Translations under genes and position numbers: made by a program
From: Promethearchaeota archaeon
GTDB lineage: Archaea; Asgardarchaeota; Lokiarchaeia; Sigyniarchaeales; SOKP01
Direction of reading: 5' to 3'
Length of the DNA: 64,000 nt
Assembly: GCA_019058295.1 (NCBI GenBank)
Contig: JAHPZI010000021.1
Location: 160,001-224,000, forward strand
Shown: positions 41,547 to 51,821 of the stretch, piece after piece
How the letters are laid out: each line of letters opens with the position of its first letter
Numbering within the stretch: the first letter of the stretch is position 1
The notes under the pieces: generated by a model
The model's input: the letters and a program-made list of their open reading frames with translations, nothing else
Told to the model about the DNA's origin: nothing
Databases searched by the model: none

Positions 41547-42794
41547 TTGAATGATCAAGAAGATAAAATATTAGATCAAAAGGACAGAAAAAAGTTCGAT
41601 TTTTTAGGAGATAATCCTGTTGAACGGATTGAAGCGACAACGGAAATACCTATAATGTATTATGCATTGAACACTACTCCGAGAAAAGAGCATCCGTTTA
41701 ATGTTTATAATGATATAAAATCTGAACCAACCGCAGTAGGAAAGACCCTTGAGGTTGTTGTTGATTCAGTAAATAAAGTTGCAGATGAATTCATAAGACG
41801 AGATATAAGTCATATAGTCGGAATAGGAATGGGAACTAGTCAGTTTGTTATGCAATCGTCTGGTCCTGCATTTTGGGAATGGGCACACATTACATCAGAG
41901 GATAGAGATTCTGTAGAATGTCTTACCGTCGATAAACCCTATGATTTTCAACATACTGCTCTGTTTGCTTACAGTGGTAGTGGGAGCACAGCGGACACAA
42001 TCGCAGCAACAAAAAAGATCCATGAGAAGGGAGCATATTGTATTGCCTTAACATCAGTAGCAGAAAGCCCGATCACTAAGGAGTGTGATGATACAATTGC
42101 CTGCGCAGGGGGCTTTGATACTGGGGGATCTGATACATTTCATTATGCAACTAGATTAGCGGCAAGCTTATTATTAGCTATAGTTCTTGGAGAAAAGAAA
42201 GGGATAAGCGATATTAATTTCACAGATCTGAGAAAGAAATTATATGAAATACCGAAATTTATGGCAGAAAGATGGGAGTATAATGAAGAACGATGTAAAA
42301 GTGTAGCAAAATATTATTCTCATGTAAGAAGTATAATTATTGTCGGGGCAGGTCCTAATTTTGGTACTGCTGAAGAAATGGAACTTAAGTTCGAAGAAAT
42401 GGCACATATCCCTGCAAAATCTATGGTTCCAACGAGGCATCTTCACGGTGCTATAGGATTAACTGATGAAAAAATACTGACAATTCTGCTCTATCCCAAA
42501 AATAATTCAGAAAAATGGTTTGACCAAATTGCTAAATTTACGCAGATGATTAAAAGTCCATGCATTGCAATTTTACCGGATGATGAAGATAAAATCGCAC
42601 CATTGATGGATTGGGTATGGAGAACACCCGTTGATACCGAGCATCTTTTTGCTCTGTATGTAGTTCCAATCATTCAATTATATCCATACATGTGTGCTGT
42701 AGAACAAGGTGATATTAATCCCGACTGCCAAAAATCGAATATTCCTAAACACGCAAGAGCCTGGTCCATGATATTAAAACCAGGTGGTCATTGA
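41547..42794 (+). CDS. SIS-domain protein (GlmS C-terminal/FrlB-like sugar isomerase or deglycase)
   Basis: GMGTS, YSGSGSTADT, GAGPNFGTAEEMELKFEE, HGAI; no glutaminase domain. Start uncertain (41520, 41541 or 41547). Confidence 0.88.
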   Translation: MNDQEDKILDQKDRKKFDFLGDNPVERIEATTEIPIMYYALNTTPRKEHPFNVYNDIKSEPTAVGKTLEVVVDSVNKVADEFIRRDISHIVGIGMGTSQFVMQSSGPAFWEWAHITSEDRDSVECLTVDKPYDFQHTALFAYSGSGSTADTIAATKKIHEKGAYCIALTSVAESPITKECDDTIACAGGFDTGGSDTFHYATRLAASLLLAIVLGEKKGISDINFTDLRKKLYEIPKFMAERWEYNEERCKSVAKYYSHVRSIIIVGAGPNFGTAEEMELKFEEMAHIPAKSMVPTRHLHGAIGLTDEKILTILLYPKNNSEKWFDQIAKFTQMIKSPCIAILPDDEDKIAPLMDWVWRTPVDTEHLFALYVVPIIQLYPYMCAVEQGDINPDCQKSNIPKHARAWSMILKPGGH

Positions 42795-43739
42795 CTGGGG
42801 TTTAAAATCGGCATTGTAGGTCCTTTAAATGTGGACTTAATAATGCGTGGGAGCGCTCCAACTGATATTAACGAATTGAACAACTGGGCGGGACCTTCTG
42901 ATGTACATTGCCTTACTGCTGGGGCTGCTGGATACATATCACAAAATCTTAAGAAATTGGGTAATGACATTCATATAGTATCCTGCCTTGGTGATGACCC
43001 GTTTGGTGTCATGATACTGAACTCGCTAGAGAAAATTGGGATCAATCCTCAGTTTATTCAAATTGAAAAAGGAAAACTTGGAGCAATCGGGATTTTTATA
43101 TTGCTATTTGAAAATAAAAAAAGACCGTTCACCTTCAGGTTGCCTACTCATCATGGATGGCCTCCTAAATTCGATAAAAAGACTAAAAAGCATTTATTAG
43201 ATGTTGATTTATTCCATTCTGCAGGATATCTTCATTTTTCTGATTTATGGAATACTGAAATCCTTGATCTCTTCAAAGAGGCTAAAAAGAGAGGCATTAA
43301 GACGTCTATCGATCCCCAATTCCCTTTAATCGATCTGAAACCTCCTTGGATTAAAATGATGGAATCGTTAATTCAATATATTGATATTATAATGGTTGAC
43401 GAAAATGAGGCTCTAAATTTAACAGGAAAAAATAATGTAGAAGATGCGGCGGAAGAACTTTTTGCTGCCGGATTTAAAATAATAGCAATAAAGCAAGGAG
43501 CCAATGGTGTCTTGGTAAAAAATTCCACCGAAAAACAACAAATTCCTGCAATCCCTCCTAAAAAGTTTATCGATAGCATCGGAGCAGGTGATTCTTTTGA
43601 TGCGGGATTCCTTCAAGGGTTATTGGAAGAAAAAGATTTAATCACTGCAACAAAAATGGGTGTTACAGCAGCAACCATGAGTATTGAAGGGACAGGAGGC
43701 ACTGAAACGTTTCCTGAAAGGAAAGATTTGAAATTTTAA
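42795..43739 (+). CDS. PfkB-family carbohydrate kinase
   Basis: First strand IGIVGPLNVDL precedes the track start; LGDDPFG, KQGANG, DSIGAGDSFDAGF. CTG 42795 follows AGGTGG. Confidence 0.92.
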   Translation: MGFKIGIVGPLNVDLIMRGSAPTDINELNNWAGPSDVHCLTAGAAGYISQNLKKLGNDIHIVSCLGDDPFGVMILNSLEKIGINPQFIQIEKGKLGAIGIFILLFENKKRPFTFRLPTHHGWPPKFDKKTKKHLLDVDLFHSAGYLHFSDLWNTEILDLFKEAKKRGIKTSIDPQFPLIDLKPPWIKMMESLIQYIDIIMVDENEALNLTGKNNVEDAAEELFAAGFKIIAIKQGANGVLVKNSTEKQQIPAIPPKKFIDSIGAGDSFDAGFLQGLLEEKDLITATKMGVTAATMSIEGTGGTETFPERKDLKF

Positions 43740-43885
43740 ATTTTTTCTTTATAAATTTCCAAGGAATTTATTTATAAATTCTTCCACATAATGCGATAAA
43801 TCTGAAAAAGAAATAATAATTGTTACATTTTTTAATTTTCCTTGTTTGTTATAACTTAGAATAAAGAAAAACGATTTTGTTAGTA

Positions 43886-44566
43886 ATGTCTAAAATCCTT
43901 GAAGAACTAGAAGAGCTATTTAAAAGTGAAACAATAAAACCCTCCTTTGAGATTGTTCACGTAATTTTAGCAATATTTATATTTGGAGAAAATCGAGATG
44001 GAATTGGTAGATATCGTCTTGAGAAGGAATTATTAATCGGTTCGGGAACCTCTAAATCTCTCATTAAGAGATTGAATAAAAATATTAATTTTATTTCGGT
44101 TTTGGATGAAAATATAAGGAAGGGCCATGTTTTAACTAAGGAGGGGTTAGACTTCATGGAAAAGATAAAACAGATAATCCCTTTTATCAGAGAGGGTGAT
44201 CTTTCAATTTTACAGGAAACGATTATCGATATGGAAAATAATAAAGTATGCTTCTGTCAAGTCAAGAACTATGGTGATAAATTGACTAACGGTATAGAGC
44301 AGAGAGATGCTGCTATAAAGGTTGGTGGTCTTGGGGCAACATGTCTTGTTTATGATGGAAAACAATTAGTTTTTCCATCTGGTTATAATGTCAATACAGA
44401 ACGGGCAGATTCGATCGTTAACGAAAGTGTTTATGAATATTTTAAAAGAGAAATCAATAAATTAGATTCAAAATTAGAACCTAACGATGTATTAATTATT
44501 GGATTAGGAGAAAATTTTGAAAGTGCAAGGTTAGCAACAGTTAATGCTGCACTAACATTATTTTAA
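43886..44566 (+). CDS. Archaeal winged-HTH protein (DUF4443-like)
   Basis: GIGRYRLEKELLIG..SLIKRL, GHVLTKEG, GIEQRDAAIKVGGLGAT. Confidence 0.7.
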   Translation: MSKILEELEELFKSETIKPSFEIVHVILAIFIFGENRDGIGRYRLEKELLIGSGTSKSLIKRLNKNINFISVLDENIRKGHVLTKEGLDFMEKIKQIIPFIREGDLSILQETIIDMENNKVCFCQVKNYGDKLTNGIEQRDAAIKVGGLGATCLVYDGKQLVFPSGYNVNTERADSIVNESVYEYFKREINKLDSKLEPNDVLIIGLGENFESARLATVNAALTLF

Positions 44567-44588
44567 TATAAATTAATTAGGGAATAAT

Positions 44589-45065
44589 ATGAAATTATTG
44601 GAAGATATTAAATTCATCATAGATGATAAGATTTTAAAGAAACTAACTAAATGTGTGAAAAATGCCAGTCCTTACGAAGCATGTGGGCTAATTTTTGGTG
44701 AAATTAATGAAAAAAAAGTAGAAGATGGATTTCAATATCATTATTTAGGGCAAAGATTTGAATGTATTAAATCGACCAATAAGTCTACTGTAGCCTTCTT
44801 AATAGATAATATAGAAGAATTGAATGAACTATATAAAACGGCTGCTGAAAAATATAATAAACGGCTAATTAGCATTTTTCATTCCCATCCGGCTGGTTCC
44901 TCTCCAAGTGGCGTAGATACGGATAACATGAAACATTTAAATGAATTTAAGCTTTTTAAAAACTTAATTTGGACAATTATGAGTGCTGGAAATTACGATC
45001 TAAATGGATTTATTTACCTTAATGAAGAATTTTTCCAAATTCTCGTAGAAATAAATAAAGAGTAA
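44589..45065 (+). CDS. MPN+/JAMM (Mov34) metalloprotease
   Basis: PYEACGLIFG and IFHSHP...SPSGVD give the E..HxH-x7-S-x2-D JAMM motif. Confidence 0.93.
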   Translation: MKLLEDIKFIIDDKILKKLTKCVKNASPYEACGLIFGEINEKKVEDGFQYHYLGQRFECIKSTNKSTVAFLIDNIEELNELYKTAAEKYNKRLISIFHSHPAGSSPSGVDTDNMKHLNEFKLFKNLIWTIMSAGNYDLNGFIYLNEEFFQILVEINKE

Positions 45066-45111
45066 AATTTGGGCGGATAAAAAATTCAGTGATGCCAAAC
45101 CGATTTAAAAA

Positions 45112-46335
45112 TCATTTTTTTCGAAATTTCTCGCTGTCTCTTCCTTTTTTTGGAATGACCTCTTCACCTATTACTTCTTGTTCTCCTTCTTTTCTAAAAG
45201 GTTTTACGGGTTTAGACTCATCGAGCGCCATGTCACATGCCCAACACGCATTCTCCAGATTCACTAAGGCATTATAACATTTTTGGCAGTAAAATATTTC
45301 ACATCCTCGGCATATAAAATTCATTCCTAGAATATTTCCCTTACATACCACACAAATTTTCTTTTCCTTAGATATTGATACTTCTTCTTCAGTGAGTTTT
45401 TGAGATTTAACGAACATAGCTAAGATGTCTGGGGCATCTTTATCTAATTCGTGTGATTGTTGGTGTTTTGCAAGTTTTACAATTTGATAGATAGAATAAG
45501 AAGTAAACAGGAGGAGCATGGTTTCGAAACCTAAAAGCATAAGGAGAAACTCAAATGGTAAATGTTTGGTTATAGCAATGCTTATAAACCATACAAATGT
45601 AGAGATAAAGTAGCCAGAGATCATTGTCCAGTAAAGTATAGACCGTCTAAAGTATTGCGGGCTAATCCTTGTAGGGGCGATAAACACGAGAGATCCTATA
45701 ATGTAAAAGATAGGGGCCAGTTCTATAGGAGTGATTTCAAGTTCTTTGACTACTTTAGAGTCGAAACCCTGACCTATTATGACGAGCAAAAGTCCAAACA
45801 CCATTATCATTGAGATGGCTTGATATTCAGCTCGAGATCTTTTAGCGAATATGAATAACATGAATGCAAGCATAGTAACATTTAGAAAAATTGCCACATA
45901 CTCAACGTTTATAGCTAAATCAATGGGTAAAAAGAGGATTAAGAAGATTAACACAAAATTTATTAGTATTAGCAGATATCTCATTCGCTTAAGCAAGCTT
46001 TCAGCAAAAAAATACATAAAAGTAATACCAATTATATATGATATATGGGCCATTTTAACTAACATGAGATATGTTTGATTATTTGTATTATAAGTTCCAT
46101 AAAAAGTAGTGCCAATAAAATTTCCGGGCACATATAAATCACTTATAAAGAAGAAAATCCTCATAAAAGCAATGCCTAAGAATGTAAATGAGATTCCTAA
46201 AAAAATCTTTTTTTCTTCACTTTTTTCTTTTTTTTGAGCTAGAACTATGAAGTAAATAGTTATGAGAAATAATATTGAAATTGACACTCCCCATAACGCA
46301 CGTTCTATAGGATTATATATTGGAAAATTAGTCAT
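45112..46335 (-). CDS. Polytopic membrane protein with C-terminal C4C4 RING-like Zn finger
   Basis: About 9 TM segments, then CVVC...CRGC-x4-CQKC...CWAC. Confidence 0.78.
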   Translation of the reverse strand: MTNFPIYNPIERALWGVSISILFLITIYFIVLAQKKEKSEEKKIFLGISFTFLGIAFMRIFFFISDLYVPGNFIGTTFYGTYNTNNQTYLMLVKMAHISYIIGITFMYFFAESLLKRMRYLLILINFVLIFLILFLPIDLAINVEYVAIFLNVTMLAFMLFIFAKRSRAEYQAISMIMVFGLLLVIIGQGFDSKVVKELEITPIELAPIFYIIGSLVFIAPTRISPQYFRRSILYWTMISGYFISTFVWFISIAITKHLPFEFLLMLLGFETMLLLFTSYSIYQIVKLAKHQQSHELDKDAPDILAMFVKSQKLTEEEVSISKEKKICVVCKGNILGMNFICRGCEIFYCQKCYNALVNLENACWACDMALDESKPVKPFRKEGEQEVIGEEVIPKKGRDSEKFRKK

Positions 46336-46555
46336 TTTTTTTTATTTTTTAATTTAATTTCATTAATTATTAGGGTTTTATTCCACTATGATTTTTAGGT
46401 TAAGTTAAATTTAACAGTATTGTATTTAATAATTATTATTACAATGCTGTATAAAAATCCTTTCGAAAAAAGTTACCGGATTTTCTGTAAAATCTCAATT
46501 TTTTTGAATTATTACTGGATTATATAACGCCCTAAAATTTTATAATCCAAATTAT

Positions 46556-47188
46556 TTATTGAATTTGATTATAACCATCTTTATCTATGGAACATATTTG
46601 TATCTTAAATCCTGAAGCAGCATCTCTTTCCCTTGACGCTGAAATGGCGGTCTTTATTAAATCTATCCCTTCAGTTATAGACATTTCTTTCTTCCAATCT
46701 GCTTCTAATACGCCCAAAGAAAAAGGAGAACCGGAGCCAAAAGAGATATATTTATCTTCTTCAAAAAGTGTGCCTAATAAATCTATTCCATAAAGCACAC
46801 CCTTCTTCTCTTCAAGAGAATACCCGCCTACAATCATCAGTGAGAGAAAATAAGACCGTCCTGAAAAGAGTATGTTTCTTGTTGTATTTGCTATATATTT
46901 AGGTTCGGGTACTTGGCCCTCCTCTACTTGTTTCAATCTGGATAATGCTTGTATTTGATTAATTACATATTGGCAATCAGCAACACCACCAGATATAGTA
47001 GCGGCAGTATATTTATTGATTTCAAATAATTTGCGCGCCTGCTTCGTTGCTACCATATAACCAGCTGTTGCTTGAGACTCGGTGCCAATTACGACTCCTT
47101 CTTTTACAATTAAACCTACGGTTGTAGTGCCTGATATAACTTTTTTTAAGTTATCTTCATCTAAATTGGTAGAATTATTTTCCATCAT
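46556..47188 (-). CDS. psmB: 20S proteasome beta subunit
   Basis: Propeptide then G|TTTVG, SGGVAD, GSGSPFSLGVLE, ERDAASG. Confidence 0.96.
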   Translation of the reverse strand: MMENNSTNLDEDNLKKVISGTTTVGLIVKEGVVIGTESQATAGYMVATKQARKLFEINKYTAATISGGVADCQYVINQIQALSRLKQVEEGQVPEPKYIANTTRNILFSGRSYFLSLMIVGGYSLEEKKGVLYGIDLLGTLFEEDKYISFGSGSPFSLGVLEADWKKEMSITEGIDLIKTAISASRERDAASGFKIQICSIDKDGYNQIQ

Positions 47189-47257
47189 ATCATTTTATTT
47201 AAAAGAACAGAACTAAATATATTTTTCTTTTAATATTTTAAACCTAAAATTTTTGAT

Positions 47258-47737
47258 TCATTTCTCCTCTCGTGTCTGAGTGTTATCCACTTGATCCATT
47301 CGTTTAATGTCAATAAAGATCATAAGGCCGCTTCCAATGGCTCCACCTAGGGCTCCAAATAATGTTCCAAATAACAAGATTATTATAAAAAGAATCCATC
47401 CGTACCCTAACTCACCAAAAATTAAGCCCGCAAATTGATCTAAATTAGCGTAAGCATTTCGAGTAATAATAGCAAAGGTCATATAAATTAACCAGACTAT
47501 TGTAACTCCTAAAGCACCACTATATATTCCACGTTTCATCTTTTTATTAAAAATTCCAGCAACCAACCCTGGAATTATAATTAACTGCCATATTTCTACA
47601 AATGTAAGAAAAAATGTAATAATAACCGCAAAAAAAGTCCCAATTAAAAAATTTATTCGAGCTAGTTTGATTTCTGGATTAATCTCTTTGTTTTCAGAAC
47701 CAATATTAAGTTTTCTTCTTATTTTCTTGAGAGCTAT
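47258..47737 (-). CDS. Small membrane protein (about 4 TM)
   Basis: Frame is open above the track start and adds TM segment FLIGTFFAVIITFFLTFVEIWQLIIIPG; ATA 47737 lies 6 nt after AGGTGA; GxxxG-rich last helix. Confidence 0.7.
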   Translation of the reverse strand: MALKKIRRKLNIGSENKEINPEIKLARINFLIGTFFAVIITFFLTFVEIWQLIIIPGLVAGIFNKKMKRGIYSGALGVTIVWLIYMTFAIITRNAYANLDQFAGLIFGELGYGWILFIIILLFGTLFGALGGAIGSGLMIFIDIKRMDQVDNTQTREEK

Positions 47738-47743
47738 TTTTAT

Positions 47744-50587
47744 TCACCTTTTTTTGATCCATTGAACCAATGAATGATTCCACTCTTTAATTTTTGAAAT
47801 CTTCTCTTTCTTTTTGATCCATTGAATTAATATATTTCTCTCCTCTTTAATTTTTGAAATCATCTCGTTCTTTTTGATCCATTGAACTAATACATTTCTC
47901 TTTTCATTGATTTTTGGAATTATAGCATTCTTTCTTATCCAGCGAATCTCTATGATGCTAATAATCCCAATAATTAAGAAAATTATTGTAAAAGCTATCC
48001 ATTTGAGAGCTTTTTCAGCCGGAATAAAATGAAGTTGAGATTCAATTTTACTTTCAGGAAAATCTTCAATATCATCATAAAAATATTGAGGATGATATTC
48101 TCCTTCTAAAAATAATTTTAATTGGTCGTCGTAATGTTTGGAGTTTGAGTAACCACGTTGTCCAGAGGGAATTACACTTAAACAATTTTCAAGATCGCTA
48201 AAGTCGATAATCATTCTCTCTGAAGCTCCTCCTCTTGCGCTTCCTTCCCCATCGCTTATATCTACCCAAGAAGGAGTAATAGTATATCCTTCTCCATCCA
48301 ATTCATAAGGCCCTTTACTAAAAGTTTCTATTTCTAAAAGATGTTCAAAATACCCTTTATGTAGTTTTCCCCACTCCCAATCATCTACGTCATCTGAATC
48401 GTAGAAATCTTCAAGCCAATCAACCGTATCTAATAATGCTCTTAGAATAATATCATCTCTCTTTTCAACTTTGAGGGTAAAAATATCGTCAAACCATATT
48501 GAATTTGGATCTTCCCTGGTTAATTTTTCTAACACATTTAATTGAACATACTGATAAGCATCTAACGCATCAAATTCGTCTTCAAATGTATACTCCATAT
48601 AGAAATCGCGCCATTTGCGGTATATTGTAGGAGCAGATTTATCTTTATCCATGTCAAATTGCCAAGATTTAAGATGTGTATAAATTTGATTTATAATGGG
48701 AGCTTTTTCAAAAAACCCACTATTTTCAATTACATTGATTAAATAGGGTGTAAAAGATTCTGCGGCAGTGGATGTTATATCTAGTTGGATTTGTTTCATC
48801 GTTTCTACGCTTACACTCCCATCTTCAGAACCATTAAGTAATTCATTAATTCGTCTCGCTCGATAGCCTGCAGCATATTCTTGTTGAAGGAAATACTTTT
48901 TATATTCAGGACCTACAGCTATTTGGTTTGCAGAAGCCAGATAATGCTGGTCTGGATTTTCTGTATGGGGTAATTCTTCAAAAGGAATGTATCCAATCCA
49001 TTCGCCTTCGCTGCTCGATCCATCGTATGGGAAGGTTCCATTTTCATTTCCAGCTCTTATAGGCACTACTCCAGTTGGTCTAATTCCGATATTACCGTAT
49101 ATATCGCCATAGATCATATTCTGAGCGGGATTGACAAACCATTTTGAAGCTTCGTCAAATTCTGCTCTATTTGTCGCAAAAAAGAATTCATAAAATGCTA
49201 GAGCTTCGTATGTTATAGCATTAGCAGTCCATCTGGGGGCTATTACTATATTTTCATAATCAAGAGAGTCTGGAACCGCATCATCTAAGAAATCGTTTAA
49301 GACAGGACCATGCACGGTTTCTTTCACTTTAAATTCCACTGGATCTTTATCTTTTACGGGAATCTCATATTCTCTTGTTGTATATTTTTTTACCTGGCCA
49401 TTATGAATATAATGATTAGAATCTATCTCATTGTAATAGTACCAGTCTAAAACATCATATCCCGTGTTGGTGAAGCCCCAAGCGATATGTTCGTTATGTC
49501 CAACAATAACGAGTGGCACTCCTGGAAGTGTGAATCCATAGATATTTATCTCCGGATCTTCACACACGCCGTGGAATTCGTACCAAATACCTGGCATTGT
49601 CCAAGCCAAATGCATATCATTGCAGAGAATCGGAAAGCCTGTATCACTTTTTATGCCGTCGACTGCCCAGTTGTTCGATCCTAGGATATTCTGTTTTTTT
49701 AGATTTATTAATTGGTTTTCTGATTCAATATTTTCAACATTGGTTAGAAAACGTGATATAGCATTTAACGCTGAAGAACTTGGGTTTGGTTCATTATGTA
49801 GATTTAATGTATCTTCGTAAGATCCATAATTAGGGCAGATTGGTATTTGATATGGCTGAAAAGGACTATATAATTCATTATATCTCTGTTGTCCTAATGC
49901 CTCAAAATTGATCAATCTATACAAGTCATTGTAATCCCAAGTAAGCATATACGCCATGTACTTTGCGAAACATAATGAATCTGTCATTGTCCATTCAGTT
50001 GGCTTAAAACCCAATATTGCAAATTCGATGGGGAGCTCATTTTGGTGGGTATCTATATAGTAATTAATTCCATCGACATATCGTTTAAAAGAATCTAAAA
50101 AATCAATTTCCCCTCTTTCGTCTTTTTCTTCTAACATTTCAAGTGTTTTTTTCGCCCAATATTCCATTCCTAATGCTAGATTGTATTTATCGGATTCTAA
50201 CATCATCTCACCCGCAATTTCAGATAATCTTCCTCTGATAAGCCTTCTAACCATCTCCATTTGAAATAATCTATCTTGGGCATGGACATACCCCGCCGCA
50301 AACATTAAATCCTCTTCGTCTGACCCGTAAATGTGAGGTATGCCCCAGACATCACGATAAACCGTGATTTCATCATTTAGATCCTCAACATATAATGTAT
50401 CGTGCTCTGGAACCTCTCCTGGGACATTCCATACACCATTACCCGGAAAAAGGATATTTCCAAGAGGAGCAACAGGAGATCCAGTAAGCATTGCAATTAA
50501 TGGAAGGGAAAAAACTGAGTAGGTTAATCCAGTAATAAATCCAACGATAATTAGTTTTTTAACAATTACTTTTTCTTGCTTTTTCAT
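47744..50587 (-). CDS. Penicillin acylase family Ntn-hydrolase, membrane-anchored at both ends
   Basis: RDVWGIPHIY, GYVHAQDRLFQME, G|SNNW nucleophile, NDMHL, TVHGPV, SANQ, PSGQRG...HYDDQ; N- and C-terminal TM helices. Confidence 0.95.
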   Translation of the reverse strand: MKKQEKVIVKKLIIVGFITGLTYSVFSLPLIAMLTGSPVAPLGNILFPGNGVWNVPGEVPEHDTLYVEDLNDEITVYRDVWGIPHIYGSDEEDLMFAAGYVHAQDRLFQMEMVRRLIRGRLSEIAGEMMLESDKYNLALGMEYWAKKTLEMLEEKDERGEIDFLDSFKRYVDGINYYIDTHQNELPIEFAILGFKPTEWTMTDSLCFAKYMAYMLTWDYNDLYRLINFEALGQQRYNELYSPFQPYQIPICPNYGSYEDTLNLHNEPNPSSSALNAISRFLTNVENIESENQLINLKKQNILGSNNWAVDGIKSDTGFPILCNDMHLAWTMPGIWYEFHGVCEDPEINIYGFTLPGVPLVIVGHNEHIAWGFTNTGYDVLDWYYYNEIDSNHYIHNGQVKKYTTREYEIPVKDKDPVEFKVKETVHGPVLNDFLDDAVPDSLDYENIVIAPRWTANAITYEALAFYEFFFATNRAEFDEASKWFVNPAQNMIYGDIYGNIGIRPTGVVPIRAGNENGTFPYDGSSSEGEWIGYIPFEELPHTENPDQHYLASANQIAVGPEYKKYFLQQEYAAGYRARRINELLNGSEDGSVSVETMKQIQLDITSTAAESFTPYLINVIENSGFFEKAPIINQIYTHLKSWQFDMDKDKSAPTIYRKWRDFYMEYTFEDEFDALDAYQYVQLNVLEKLTREDPNSIWFDDIFTLKVEKRDDIILRALLDTVDWLEDFYDSDDVDDWEWGKLHKGYFEHLLEIETFSKGPYELDGEGYTITPSWVDISDGEGSARGGASERMIIDFSDLENCLSVIPSGQRGYSNSKHYDDQLKLFLEGEYHPQYFYDDIEDFPESKIESQLHFIPAEKALKWIAFTIIFLIIGIISIIEIRWIRKNAIIPKINEKRNVLVQWIKKNEMISKIKEERNILIQWIKKKEKISKIKEWNHSLVQWIKKR
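47751..47941. repeat. 60-bp tandem repeat (about 3.2 copies) encoding 20-aa basic amphipathic repeats
   Basis: TTTTTGATCCATTGAA recurs at 47751, 47811 and 47871; protein reads KINEKRNVLVQWIKKNEMIS/KIKEERNILIQWIKKKEKIS/KIKEWNHSLVQWIKKR. Confidence 0.9.
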
Positions 50588-50783
50588 TTTAAAGATTAAA
50601 AAAATCTATTTGTTTTATTTATAACTCTAATTTTTATACCACTATTATAATTACATTTAAAAATATTTTAAATTAAATTTTTTGGCTTAAAATTAATTTA
50701 TTGAATATTGAATATGAAAAAACTTTAAAGATATTGTTTATTAGCAATAATATTGAATTAGAATTAGAACGGTTTAATTCCTA

Positions 50784-51161
50784 ATGGCAAGAAGTCAGTG
50801 GAGAAGCAGAAGAAAATTTACGGGAAAGAAATATAGACATTCACGTAAAAAAAGAAAAAGAGAATTAGAAAGACCTCCAATTAACACAGTAATTGGGACA
50901 GATCGAAAGAAAGAGCAACGAGTAATGGGAGGTAATAGTAAGCTAAAGTTGTTTTCTTCTGTTTTTGTAAATGTGACTGACCTTAATACCAATAAAACTT
51001 CGAAAGTGAAAATATTAAAATTTGAAAGCAACGAGGCATCTTTAGATTTGAATCGAAGACACATTCTTACACGGGGAGCTGTGGTTGAGACTGAACTTGG
51101 TAAAGCAAAGATTACTAGCCGTCCAGGTCAACACGGAGTTTTAAACGCAGTTTTAATATAA
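50784..51161 (+). CDS. rps8e: 30S ribosomal protein S8e
   Basis: SRRKFTG, KKRKRELER, RVMGGN.K, ILTRGAVVETELG.A.ITSRPGQHGVLNAVL. Confidence 0.97.
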   Translation: MARSQWRSRRKFTGKKYRHSRKKRKRELERPPINTVIGTDRKKEQRVMGGNSKLKLFSSVFVNVTDLNTNKTSKVKILKFESNEASLDLNRRHILTRGAVVETELGKAKITSRPGQHGVLNAVLI

Positions 51162-51387
51162 ATCCTTCTTAAAGAAGTTCTTATTTTACCAGTATCATAA
51201 TCATTCTTTTTTTAGGCATTACTATGCCAAGATCATTCAATAATATGATGAAATTTAAGTTATGAGGATTTGTAAATACAATTCTAATTGAAAATTTTCT
51301 TGTCAAAAATCAATCCTTATGATTTTAAATAAGACACGAATCTTATTTAATATGTAAAATTTATAATTTTTCTAATAATGAGGAGGG

Positions 51388-51816
51388 GTGTTTTTGTTAA
51401 TAGAAGAGATAGGTATAGTTTCCAGGGGTTTCGTTCTTTATAGAAAAAATTTTCAGGAAGAAATAAATGATATACAAGATTTTAAAAAAGGTGCTTTTTA
51501 TTCTGCGATAATTTCTTTCAGTAAAAGTTTATTTTCAGAAGAATTATCCTATATTGAAGCGACAAAACACATTACGTTCTTTAGTAGCACTCAGATCGAA
51601 TCCTTTGAAGAGGATTATTATGAGAATCTTATTGCATACGCCATATTCAATATTAAAAATAGAAAGAAAACTGAAAAAACCATTACTAAGAAAATCAAAC
51701 CAATAGTAGATGAAGTTTTAAATAGATTCAAAGAGAAATATAATAAAACGAGTTTGGTATATCTAGATCAGTTTGAAGATTTTAATCCAATACTCGAAAT
51801 AGCATTAAAAAACTGA
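51388..51816 (+). CDS. Stand-alone longin-like domain protein
   Basis: IEEIGIVSRGFVLY...GAFYSAIISFSKSLF..LSYIE...IAYAIF...VLNRFKEKY pattern. Confidence 0.6.
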   Translation: MFLLIEEIGIVSRGFVLYRKNFQEEINDIQDFKKGAFYSAIISFSKSLFSEELSYIEATKHITFFSSTQIESFEEDYYENLIAYAIFNIKNRKKTEKTITKKIKPIVDEVLNRFKEKYNKTSLVYLDQFEDFNPILEIALKN

Positions 51817-51821
51817 AAAAA

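Noticed and set aside
42792-47746. In-frame TGA codons at 42792 and 47744 as selenocysteine
   Set aside because: Neither aligns with a catalytic Cys position, no SECIS-like element was recognised, and SD motifs explain independent downstream initiation.
47751-47941. CRISPR array
   Set aside because: The whole 60-bp unit is repeated without unique spacers, lies in frame inside a CDS, and no cas genes are present.
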